A DNA stretch of 61,480 nt, the filler included, from Basidiobolus ranarum (taxonomy: Eukaryota), in NCBI GenBank assembly GCA_040143965.1. It is 8 parts of 8 records of this genome, joined end to end, with 100 filler letters (N's around TTAATTAATTAA, not from the genome) between each part and the next. Parts side by side here need not be neighbours in the genome. Positions count along the whole stretch, not along the records: positions 46,216 to 53,798 come from JASJQH010001097.1; positions 53,899 to 61,480 come from JASJQH010001098.1; 6 more parts are not named here. One strand, written 5' to 3'. How positions within the stretch are numbered: position 1 is the stretch's first letter; each line of letters begins with the position of its first letter. Below are positions 51,035-61,480 of the stretch, one piece after another. The notes below the pieces were generated by a model. That model was not told the origin of the DNA. It was given only the letters and a program-made list of their open reading frames with translations, and did no database searches. Both the position numbers and the translations under genes were made by a program.

Positions 51035-52839
51035 ATGAATATTGAACATCAAAGAAGACCCCATCCTTGTCGTTGGGCGCAGTGCTCCCAAGCATTTTCC
51101 TCCGCGGAACTACTCTACTCACATCTTACAAACGACCATGTGGGTCGCAAGTCTACTAGCAACCTATGTCTACAATGCCACTGGGATAACTGCCAAGTAA
51201 CTACACTCAAAAGAGATCATATCACCTCACATCTCAGAGTTCACGTACCTCTAAAGCCATTTCCTTGCCAGGTACAACCAGACATCAACTTCAGTAAATT
51301 TCAATAAATAACCGGTTTCTTTTTTTTACACAACCAGTACTGTGGAAAAAATTTCAAGCGTCGCCAAGATCTCCGAAAGCATGAAAAGATTCACGAGCAA
51401 CCGGAGACTAGGAGATATTCAATTCACTCTCCCTACTTCAATCACTCTGAGCTTGAGACATCAATTTCAATGCGCCAAGGCTCTACTTCGTTTCCTGTGT
51501 CCCCTTACGTTGGTCATCCTACATTTTGTCCCCCATATGGTAGATACGCTCAAAGTATGTACTAAATCTTGCATATCACTTGCTTTCTCTTTATTAATAA
51601 CTTTGTGCTTATCCAGTCGCTCAAGCACCTCTACAGCCCATCATTACTTCATCTAGAGCACGCTATAACCCCTATTGGCCAGGAGCCATCCCGGGTGATT
51701 TAGCAAGAAAACATAGCAATGGGAAGTTTAGCATCGGTGATGGAAATGATTCTAATCCAAGGCAGATAAACTACGATTTTCATACTAGTGAGTCATATCA
51801 ACCTAACTTGTCATGAAGTTCTCCCCCCTAGCTCTAAACAAGAACTAAAGGCCGTTGTTTATTAGGTTCATCTATGGATCGCTCTAGTATTTATCCTAGT
51901 ATCCCGACACTGATAAGACACGCTTCACTTCAACCAAATGAGAACGAAGAAGCTGAAGCCCAGCCAAGTTACGTGCTACATGACACACGTCCATTAGTAT
52001 CTTCCCAATACAAACTTGATAATCGCATTGCATCGACATCGAGACAATACCATATTTTAGCAAATGGATCTTACACCCACTCCTATAATGATCCCGCATT
52101 GACTCAAAGTTTAAATCTCATTGGACACACACAGTATTCGAACAGCTTGGACAGTCCTCAGCCTCAACTGTGGGAAAAAATTGAAGATGCACCTAAAGTT
52201 CAAGAATTTACTACGTCGATAACTCTGTTGCCACCCATCCATTCAGAGGTAACGGGGTTTACATCCAACAATACACCCAAGTGGAGTGAAGCCAAATCTT
52301 TATCCACTATCAATGTGTTGAATACGTCAACTAATATGTACCCGACATTACCAGCTTCGTTATCCTCAGTATCCCATAAAAATTCCCCTCCAGAGACAAG
52401 GAGTCTTTTGAGTCCAGTCCCGAACGAAGATACGCCAAGTAGTAGTACTCAACCCAAAATGAAGCTTAAACCCTTTAAGATGCGAGAAAATATCACGAAG
52501 AATATAGCGCCATTGCAGCGTAGTAAGACCGAAAGTAAATTACAAGTGTTGAACCCTATTGAGTCGCGATTAGAGCTTTCGAAAACATTGGAAGCACAGT
52601 TAACCACCATTTCTAATCTTCATGATCATAAAAATGAAATCTCTACCATGGACCCAGGAGAGCCATTTGTCAAGACCGAACCTAGTTCAAATGATCCAGG
52701 TTATTCACCTTTGGAGGCGACATCGATTCCAAATGATCAAGATCCCACTGATCTAGAGCCAACCGAATTCTTACAGTGGCTACAGTCTCGTTTGGAATCC
52801 ATCCGTATTGGTAAGCCAGCGAGAAGTACACGTTCCTAA
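51035..52839 (+). CDS. pacC: pH-response C2H2 transcription factor PacC/Rim101, 4 exons
   Basis: [53 protein letters not shown]/..[22 protein letters not shown] and YPTL motifs. Confidence 0.92.
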
Positions 52840-53675
52840 TGTCGCGCTGAATTATGCTTCCTTGTATACATTTGATCGCTTCCGTTTCATATCCAAGCAA
52901 TGAGAGATTCATCTCTTTGTATATCAGTCTGTGAGATAGATTTATTTTGTGCTTCATTGTTATATTTTGTGTGGAAGTCTTTGCCACTCGATGAAAGCCT
53001 TCGGAAACCTCGAATCAGTATCGATATAACGGTGGGAATGATCCATGTGCATCAGAAGACGCTGGATCTCTATCCTCAACGAAGATTTCTCGGAATATAT
53101 TCAATAAACGTACATCATCAGTTCCCCCCATCTTATTTCTACCATCACACTAGAGTCCATCAGTGAGTAGCGCTACATTCCCTTACTTGGTCGTCTCGTA
53201 TATATTTCAATGGTAATGATTTTCGACGGTTTGGGGAATCAACTCCAGTTTTCCAAATTACTAGTACCCCTGCATGTGTAGAAATTCTTTTAAATCCATT
53301 CATTTATTTATACTCTAGAGTGAATTGAATTTAATTAAAGAATCCCATAATAATACTAGGAAGTTGCACGGTTCAAGAGTATATTTATTAATATGATATC
53401 AACTTGCATGTAGAACAGCCAGGAATCGGTACAGTATCCGAAATGATGCATTGTATCGAGCTACCGGATTTCTGCCATTTCCCTTGTGTCAATCTACTAC
53501 TCGTCAACCCATGGTTTTTGAAGTTCATTTCCTAAGAAAGATAGTCCGAGTCAAGGCATGATCTGTGAAATTCCACTACAAAGTGTCAAACTCTCCTGAT
53601 CTGAAGATTAAGGTCTAACTTGGGTGACCCTGTAGGGTCAGTGTGATGCCGAAAAACCCAAACCAAAAGACCAAG

Positions 53676-53798
53676 TGTAACATGGCTCGTCCCAGTAATT
53701 CCCCTCCCCCTCGTCTCCTTTTGGTTCCCAATGCCTGCGTAACCCCGAGGGTAACAAAATCATCTAACCCCCCCCCCCACAAGTGCCCTCCCGTCATT
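53676..53798. repeat. Probable LTR start at contig edge
   Basis: TGTAACA start of a C-rich segment that runs into the contig break. Confidence 0.35.
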
Positions 53799-53898
53799 NN
53801 NNNNNNNNNNNNNNNNNNNNNNNNNNNNNNNNNNNNNNNNNNTTAATTAATTAANNNNNNNNNNNNNNNNNNNNNNNNNNNNNNNNNNNNNNNNNNNN

Positions 53899-54024
53899 GT
53901 TAGTTTGTTTACATCTTGACAAAACTATAAATGTCAACTGAATACTCAATAAATCAACAAGTGAAAACCACCAATTTCTCTAATTCTCCAAACCACTTCC
54001 AACAGGCTCACAAATACATTAACA
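53899..54024 (+). repeat. Partial Copia LTR at contig start
   Basis: ..CAAACCACTTCCAACAGGCTCACAAATACATTAACA. Confidence 0.85.
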
Positions 54025-54184
54025 TATCCAATATATGTGTGAATTATCCAAGTAATACTTGACTGAACAATTTTACCTTACTTCGATATGATATAAGGAA
54101 AAACTAGGTATATAAAGATAGAAATAGCATATATAGTAAAAACTATAAACTTCAACTCTCGAGTCCTATGCTAAATAAATTTAT

Positions 54185-54519
54185 TGTTCAAGTATTCTGG
54201 GAGTTGTCGGAAATTATGTGGAGAACCCGAAAAATTGGTGGTTTTCACTTATGATTTATCGAGTGAAAGTTTATATTTATGCTTTTGTCACGAAGCAGAT
54301 AAGCCAGCATGTAGAATATGTTTTGAAAGGCCCCAGAAACACGTGTACAAAGTTTGGTGTCTCTCTAATAGGTTTGAGAAATCACATCATCTTTGAACCT
54401 CCAACTTGGTCTCAACATTCTAAGTAAATTCCTTATGAAGATATCTCATAATAACATAGTGAAATTTAGGTAGCTAACTATATGACTATATAGATATCTA
54501 AGCTATGTCTTTTTCAACA
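54185..54519 (-). repeat. Diverged solo Copia LTR
   Basis: TGTTCAAGTATT..TTTCAACA family match; retains several CpG. Confidence 0.8.
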
Positions 54520-54860
54520 CTTACTAGTCTTCCCAAGCTCTAAAAAGCTAGATAGGGTGCTATCACAGACACAATTTCTATTTTACACTTAGCAAATAGA
54601 TTCCAGAGCATAACTGATTTGTCATGTAGGTTTCTATAGAGTTTATTTTATAATATCAAGAGAAAGCTATCAAAAAACATTATCACAAAACTCATTCCTA
54701 GAGAGAAGCCTCTGTGAGTAAATATGAAATCCAGTCAAGGTAAATGGACAAGAAACTCAAAGAGTCCTCACTTTAAAATGGGTCTAGTCATGTTTCAAAA
54801 TTATATTTGAGTGCCCGTTACAATAGAGTTAGTCAAAAATAACTAGTGGCAAAACATAAT

Positions 54861-55700
54861 TTAAAAAAATGAAACCGATTTATTAATAGCGCTGAATACC
54901 ACCACCATCACAAAGAGTAACAGAATTACTTTCACAATGTCCGAGACTACTCTTTCAACTCTGATTAAGCTGCGTGCTAAATGTGAAGCTGAATCATGAA
55001 GTGAATACAAAGATATTGTCATCTCAATAATGCATACAAAAAAGTGACCAGTCATGAGCACTAGTGTATATGGTTTGTAAACATTTTGGTAGATTCTGAA
55101 TATTGCAAAGGATAAACTCGGATCTATACTAACACGCATATTACTTAACTATAGAGTTGAGGTAATGAGATATTCAAGCACCCTTGAGTAGTGTCAGTTC
55201 AAGTCAATAACATTCGAAAGTGCGTCTTGACGCGATTGAAGCAGTTAATTATTGGGCTATAAACCTCTTGTAGTATCAATTAACCATTAATCTGATATTG
55301 AGATTCTTTGTCTTTCCAAGATATATTCTGAATTTACTGAGCTAAATGTGGGAGTAATGGTCAGATGTTAGTAATACCATTTCATGCAATATTGGTAGTG
55401 AGAATAGATTGAGCAGCCGAATACTAGAGCGGATTGCTTGAAGTTTTGAATCTCCAAATTGAACATTGGTCGACGAGCAAAGCATAGAAACAATATTAAT
55501 AATACTCATTATGAATACTGTTGTGAATTTAAGAATCCAAAATACTCGGTCCCCATGATCAAATCCCACGCTCAGTACTCCAAAGTACTTATCCCAAGCT
55601 GGGCCTATTCATCTATATATATTTACAGAGGCGTTTTGATTATTATGTTCAAATGATAAAATCAACGAACGATAAGCTTAAACAATAAGTGAATTTCCAT
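54861..55700 (-). pseudogene. Fragmented multi-pass membrane protein (GPCR-like?), likely decayed
   Basis: Hydrophobic ORF pieces 55342-55569 and 54861-55139 separated by stops; no clean splice model found. Confidence 0.3.
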
Positions 55701-56959
55701 GTTTATATACCACTTGACCAAATATATCTGTACCCATTGCAGATGTCAAGTGACTACGTGTATTTATAGTGTGGATCATGATTTGCTAAGCTAAGGGGTA
55801 TTAAGAGTGTTGAAATTCTATACCCTATGCCTATAAACGGATAGACACCAACACGCGTTCAATGGGTCTAGGGCTCAATATGTAACGTGGTTAGTTTGGG
55901 ATAAAGGAGTGATAGAATTGTGACGGGATTCTACACTGAAAGAAGCCTAGATAAAGTGGACATTTCGAACATTGGTGAAAATATGAAGCAGCTTCATCTG
56001 ATAGCAGCTACTTTCTATTAGTGTAAGAAAGGCTGACATAGTTTGGCATAGTGGGAACTCATGGAGCTTCCTGTCTTTAACCCGAACAACTCTGCTAAGA
56101 TTTTGAAACTGAAATTGTTACAACATTCGATAATTCAGTTCTAAGATCGCCATGAAATTCGAGCACTGCTGTGTATTATATCGGTAATAATCCTACCGAT
56201 TCTCAAGATACTATTCTCTATTGGTTTCAATCGTATATTTCAAATGCTAAGATTCTTTGTAACGAGGTCTGGTCGTTTCATCTACAAATTTCTATCTGGA
56301 ACGAGCGGAAATTATCAATATAAGCCATTGATGGATCAATTTGTTGTTAGGCCACTGACTATTCTATAACCCGAGATATGTTAAACATGTGGTGAACATA
56401 CAAGCTTATGCGGTTGATATCCTTCCCGTTGGTATCGGATTGAGCCAATGGAAGCTCCAATCCTAGTGCAATCGTCATTAGGATACGTCAACCCTGAACC
56501 ATATATGAAATAAGATTAGTTTGGTAGCCAGTGGTCAAAGTGATCTTGATTTCTGATAGCGTATCGGAGACATCATGATACAGGCGAAAAGTGCCCAGCC
56601 ATATTAATGGACTGTAAATCCCTTCATTTAAAGCGGATCCTCAGCATTGAAATGTATGTTTGGTCCATCCTAACAATACATCAATGCGAAAGAGATTTGT
56701 GAGAAACCTTTCATCTAAAACATAGTAGTGAAGTTCTAGTATTTGAAGGAAACAGGCCCACGATAGATTCAAGCTGTCAGGTGGCTTAGCTTTCGATAAA
56801 TGTTCTGTGACAAGCTGAGTCATGGGTTCATTCCATATAGGAAGCTGACGTAAGTAAAGAACACCCAACATGTATAAAGCAAATAGAAATCCGCGATATT
56901 CAGGATCAAAATATTACCAGACTGTTCCTAGAGCGCTATAACATTGGGTGACAAATAAT

Positions 56960-57640
56960 ATGGCTGAAGGTAACAATCAAAATATCGAAATAAGCTCGGA
57001 GCGTAAGGAGCTGCTTGATACCCTGTTCAAGGTATACTATCTCCTTGTTGAATTGTCTTGCTGTGAAGTCTTTTCTGAAATGTATTAGATCTATGGAAAG
57101 CAACCTACTGAAGAGAATTTTCGAATTTATTCCGAGGATGCTGTGTTAGTTTCTCTTTTAATATTCTGTTGAGCTTGGCGGAAACTTACTTTTCGTACTT
57201 GTCATAGATTTGAAGATCCATTCGGCCAAGCAAGAGGAATCGATGCAGTGAAGTCCCAGTTCATAGGTCTAGACAAGCTCTTTCCTGCTTCTGTTACAGA
57301 GGACTATAAAATAATTGCAAATGAGCCCGAGTTGATAAGTTTAAACTTACGACAAGTTTATACTTTGCCATTGGTTCAATATTCTCTTCCGGTAGATAGC
57401 ATTGTTAATTTGTACCTGACTCCCGAGGGCAAGATCAAGCGGCACGAAGATTTACTTTTCAAGTTGAATTTGAAGTACAAAACCGATGGAATCATTGGAT
57501 ATGCTTGGGAGGTAAGCATCTCATTTGAGTTGATAATTACATGTGATAGTATTCTCATCGTCACATCACCTTTTCTCTAGGTATGGCGAGTTGTTTTCGC
57601 CAAGTTCATAGCTACTGTAATTCCACCGCCCAGGACTTGA
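56960..57640 (+). CDS. SnoaL/NTF2-like protein, 4 exons
   Basis: IYSEDAV/FEDPFGQARGIDAVKSQFIGL..GKIKRHED. Confidence 0.82.
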
Positions 57641-59056
57641 TCTAAAAGGACTCTTGACAAAGAAAATCTCTTTACAACCCTGAAGAGGCTCATTAAAATG
57701 AACATAAGACTGTGAATATTTCAACCCCTTGTATGTATGATATGACTGCCGGGTTGTTCCACGTTTACTTGAAAATAAATAAACGAAGATATCAATAACA
57801 TCACCAAGATCTTTGTTCGTATCTTCAAGGCAGATTGATGCTAGATATCTTATGTCCTCTTGACAGCGAAAGAAGTCTGAAAAGAATGCAAGATTAGTCG
57901 CAGCAGCGTTTTGGGAGTATCGACGATGCAAATCCTCATCTAGCAAAAAGAGGGAACCCATGTGTCACCTTATCAATTTGAATATAGCCTCTAATGAGTA
58001 TATTTACTCTCAATCGCACGGAGTTATTTAGTTGTTACGCCCGCATCAGCCCCTGTTTGCTACCCGCTGACTGCTCACTCCCACTTGACTTCAATTAGCC
58101 TACATATCATGATGGAGATTACAGTATCCTACGAATCCAGCTATATGACTGTTTAGCATCTTCCAAGCAAATATTTCCAAGATCGAAAACCATTTGACAA
58201 GAATAACCTCCTATCTGCACATTTGACAGACAGCTATGGATTTTAATCTTATTGCAAGTCTCCGCACATGAACGGCATCTAGATGTGTGGCAAGATTTAT
58301 TAGGGATGGAGTGATTGGTCAAGCGAGCCTATAGTTTCCGAAGCAGGATCAATCCGATTTGGGATATTCCAGCTCTTTTCTGATGCACCATGGACAGTTC
58401 AGAAAGATCTAACAGGTCACATGTAGCTCAGCCTGGGTACTGCGTGGAACTACTCAACGTTTATTGTACACCCTCGTACATTGCTTTCATATATAATCAT
58501 TGGGGTATAGTCCGGACATTGAAACATCAATTGTATTCGATATTAAGTAAATATATTGGGCTTGATATCAAGAGTGTTTGATATTCCCAAGAAACATCCA
58601 AAATAAATGGTGCTACGGATCGTCATCTTTTTGCACAGTTTAAGAAACCTTAAATCATTGGTTTGCCCTTATTTAGCGTGTCTTGTTAGAATAGCGTTTT
58701 ATTCATTTGAACCACACAATTAACGAATAGCCAACAACTAATACGGAGGTAATATGACTGAATGTTAATTTAGGAAATAACCCATAATTTTTCAACTCTA
58801 TTTCATCCACTGCCCCTCCCCGCTATTGTAAACGGTTTGTGTGTTTGGTATTTCTACATCCGTCTTCCCTTCTCCTATCTCTCTTTCACTGCTTTTACCT
58901 GCACTCTTTCGGTCGCCAATTTGTTCATCCCTTAACAACTGATTGCCGAGCAAACCTCCCTCATCTCTTATTTGATACACACAACTGGTTTTGGTGTACA
59001 AATTACTTACCATTCCTCCCCTACGTGAGCTAGTTTTCAATATTTCAACTGGCGAA

Positions 59057-60594
59057 ATGAAGCAACTTTCTTCGTTAGCAGACCGTTGGGTAAGTTTACT
59101 GTATGTACTGATTGTTTCTTGAACGAAGGCGTAACTGTTTGAATCTAGCTCGGTACGTCAAAGTATGTTCGTATTTCTATGCTCTTCTCGCTGTTGCAAG
59201 CCGTTGTTATCTCCACTCTGGAGTATATTGTATACAGCTTGCATTTGAAACAACTGTCCGCATATGATCAGAAAAACATACCAAATTCTGCCAACGACCA
59301 GGCTCTTCGAATCTATTATATTCTGTTTATTGTTTCGCAAGTATTTCAACTGATACTTTGCCTAGATGCTGTAGGTTTTCAGATTTCGTTGTTGACACCT
59401 TCTTGATGCTAATTTTGTTTTGTTAACTTAGACCTACAACAAAAATACCATCCAAGTTATTGCATTGGCTATTTTTAATTTCCTATCACTGGGTTATGCA
59501 ATCTTGCAACATATTCAGGCACAAAACATTATAAACAGCAAAAAAGATATTGCAGATATTTATCCCAACTATACTTCCTCGCGCAATCTCCAATATGCCA
59601 TCATTGCTCTGATGTTGATATTCTCCTTGAACTTTGCTTACCAAGCATACCAACTTTACCAAGAGTACGGCTGGAACATCTATAAGAAAATTGGTGCTGA
59701 TCTGCGTATGCGATGTAAATATTATTGAAGATGTCTTGTTCCAGAGTCCGTGTGATTAATGTTTGCAATATTGTCACTTCAATTTAGCCATGTACAAAGT
59801 ATATCAGATATTGTTGATGCTTCTAAAGCTGGACATCTTTTTCTTGCTTGGATTCTCGGTTCAATACCTCGTTCTAGTGATCGTCCCTGCCATTTCATCT
59901 CGAAGCGATGAACTTATCATCCATGTAACTGTTTCCTTATGCGGAACAATCTCCATGATGATTCTGTCATTTTGGGCGGTAAATAGATTCCATATTAACC
60001 ATCATTAGACCTGCATTGAACGAGCAATTTCCATTGTAGCTGCGCGCTGAAAATCGATTTGGGATCATTGTGTTTATGCTTGCCTGTTTCGTGACTCTTG
60101 GCTATTTGATTTACAAGCTTGTCATTATGTATACACCCGATGGCTCGCTTAGTTATCAATGCAGAAGAGCAGGTGCCTCGTTTAATCCTGATTGTGATCG
60201 CTTTGCTGGATCTCGATATTTCTTAACTTTCTTTGGTAAGTGAAGGTGGCTGACTTGACTTCTGAATTGTTGATATTAACCTTGTGACGCTTTTTAGCTG
60301 TTGTATGCTTTCTCTTAGGATTTGTAAGTGATCATTGTTCCAACTTAGTTAGTGCCATCATTAATCATATTTCATGGGATCTCTAGGCCACCGTTGTTGT
60401 GACGTATAAAGCACTTCGAAACTTTGGTCAAGGGCTTAAGCAGCACAGTAAGTAGCCTTTGAATGAGAAGGTCGTTTGTTATTCTCTAAACATGTTATTC
60501 ACTTATTATTCTAGTCAACCATACTGCTGTCAATAGGAATGGATCCCTTAATCTTGACAGTCCTGAAGCACAGAAAAGATGGTCAATAGACTAA
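59057..60594 (+). CDS. Multi-pass fungal membrane protein (UPF0658-like), many short exons
   Basis: LRIYYILFIVSQVFQLILCLDA/..NKNTIQ, LYQEYGWNIYKKIGADLRMR, LLKLDIFF, LRNFGQGLK. Confidence 0.8.
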
Positions 60595-61374
60595 GTGTTA
60601 TCATCGATATATGATGAACACAAAGTTACTCTGCGTTGATTCTTATCATCAACGCCTAAAATATGCCACCTATGTTGATCATTTTGTATATTCGTCTCTG
60701 AAATTAACCGATTGCTCATCTTCAGCAACTCTTAATCTTCTATTCCTTCACCTGGCAGGCCATGGAATTTAAATATTTTTTGCTTCTCCCAGAACTATCC
60801 CATTTATATACAGACCCTATTTCGTTTGATATTTCAGATGAAAAGTCTGAATCCATACCACCTCTTTTCGACACACATTCCAACTCCACTTTCAACCAAG
60901 TTAACAACAGAATACCCTTATACTGGATGTTACCATTGTTATATTTTACCCCTTTCCTGTTTAAATTTTTTTTATCCTTGATAAAAGAAGTAATCCTCTC
61001 GAAAACTATGAATGGCATTTATCCAAGTCATCTTAACCGAAATTCCTCACGTATTGACAGTCTAGACGTAGTACTATATAACCACCTTCCGCATAAAGGA
61101 TATATTAACATGTCAACTCCATTTGAAGTCTTTCACTACTTGTGACGATATATGGGATGCGAATTGTCTCGATTATCATCTACTATCTACTTGGACACGC
61201 TTGTTATATACGTAAGTCAGTATGTAGATATCTAGTGTATTTTATCACTTCGAAATTGCCAACTTCTACTTAGAATTCCCTATATATATATGTAGTACCT
61301 GAATCTGGACTTACGATATTCCTGCGCATATATCTCTATACAGTTCCTCATTGATAGTCATTACTAGTCCAAAA

Positions 61375-61480
61375 TGTTAAAGTATTTGGGAGCCTGTTGG
61401 AAGTGGTATGGAGAATTAGAGGAATTGGTGGTTTTCACTTATTGATTTATTGAGTATTCAGTTGACATTTATAGTTTTGT
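61375..61480 (-). repeat. Partial Copia LTR at window end
   Basis: TGTTAAAGTATTTGGGAGCCTGTTGGAAGTGG.. Confidence 0.88.

Noticed and set aside
58030..58090. GC-rich intergenic island
   Set aside because: No recognisable RNA family motif or convincing fold.
60608..60705. ATGATGA..CTGA C/D-like pair
   Set aside because: Lies in a 3' UTR with no terminal stem and no convincing rRNA guide.

Overview
Eukaryotic, intron-rich fungal DNA. An early-diverging, Zoopagomycota/Entomophthorales-like lineage is plausible, but that is inference only. The window is not one locus: it is eight ~7.6-kb contigs of steadily decreasing length joined by 100-nt N45-TTAATTAATTAA-N linkers, so synteny across linkers means nothing. 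Recognisable housekeeping genes are Kelch-BTB, RSM25, dynein LC8, condensin Brn1 (partial), PMS1/PMS2, two SURF4/Erv29 paralogues, Rcm1/NSUN5 (partial), AP-2 sigma, H2A (partial), THI4 (partial), Cdt1 (partial) and tRNA-Ser(AGA). Other genes are a secreted beta-rich protein, a bacterial-like methyltransferase, an arrestin, a Shewanella-like phosphatase, a secreted alpha-carbonic anhydrase, PacC/Rim101, a SnoaL-like protein and a UPF0658-like membrane protein. Contigs 4-5 are a CpG-depleted transposon graveyard: nested Copia pieces with a ~348-bp LTR (nine copies in the window), a decayed two-gene PIF/Harbinger-ISL2EU element, a CACTA remnant and a GGT pseudogene. The most interesting non-obvious signals are (1) an unannotated structured, T-loop/B-box-bearing RNA-like element head-to-head with tRNA-Ser, (2) a duplicated snR66-like C/D snoRNA pair with compensatory base changes, (3) eight GCCARG PacC sites upstream of pacC, and (4) sharply bounded CpG erasure in repeats. 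None of these is an established new system; all are leads.
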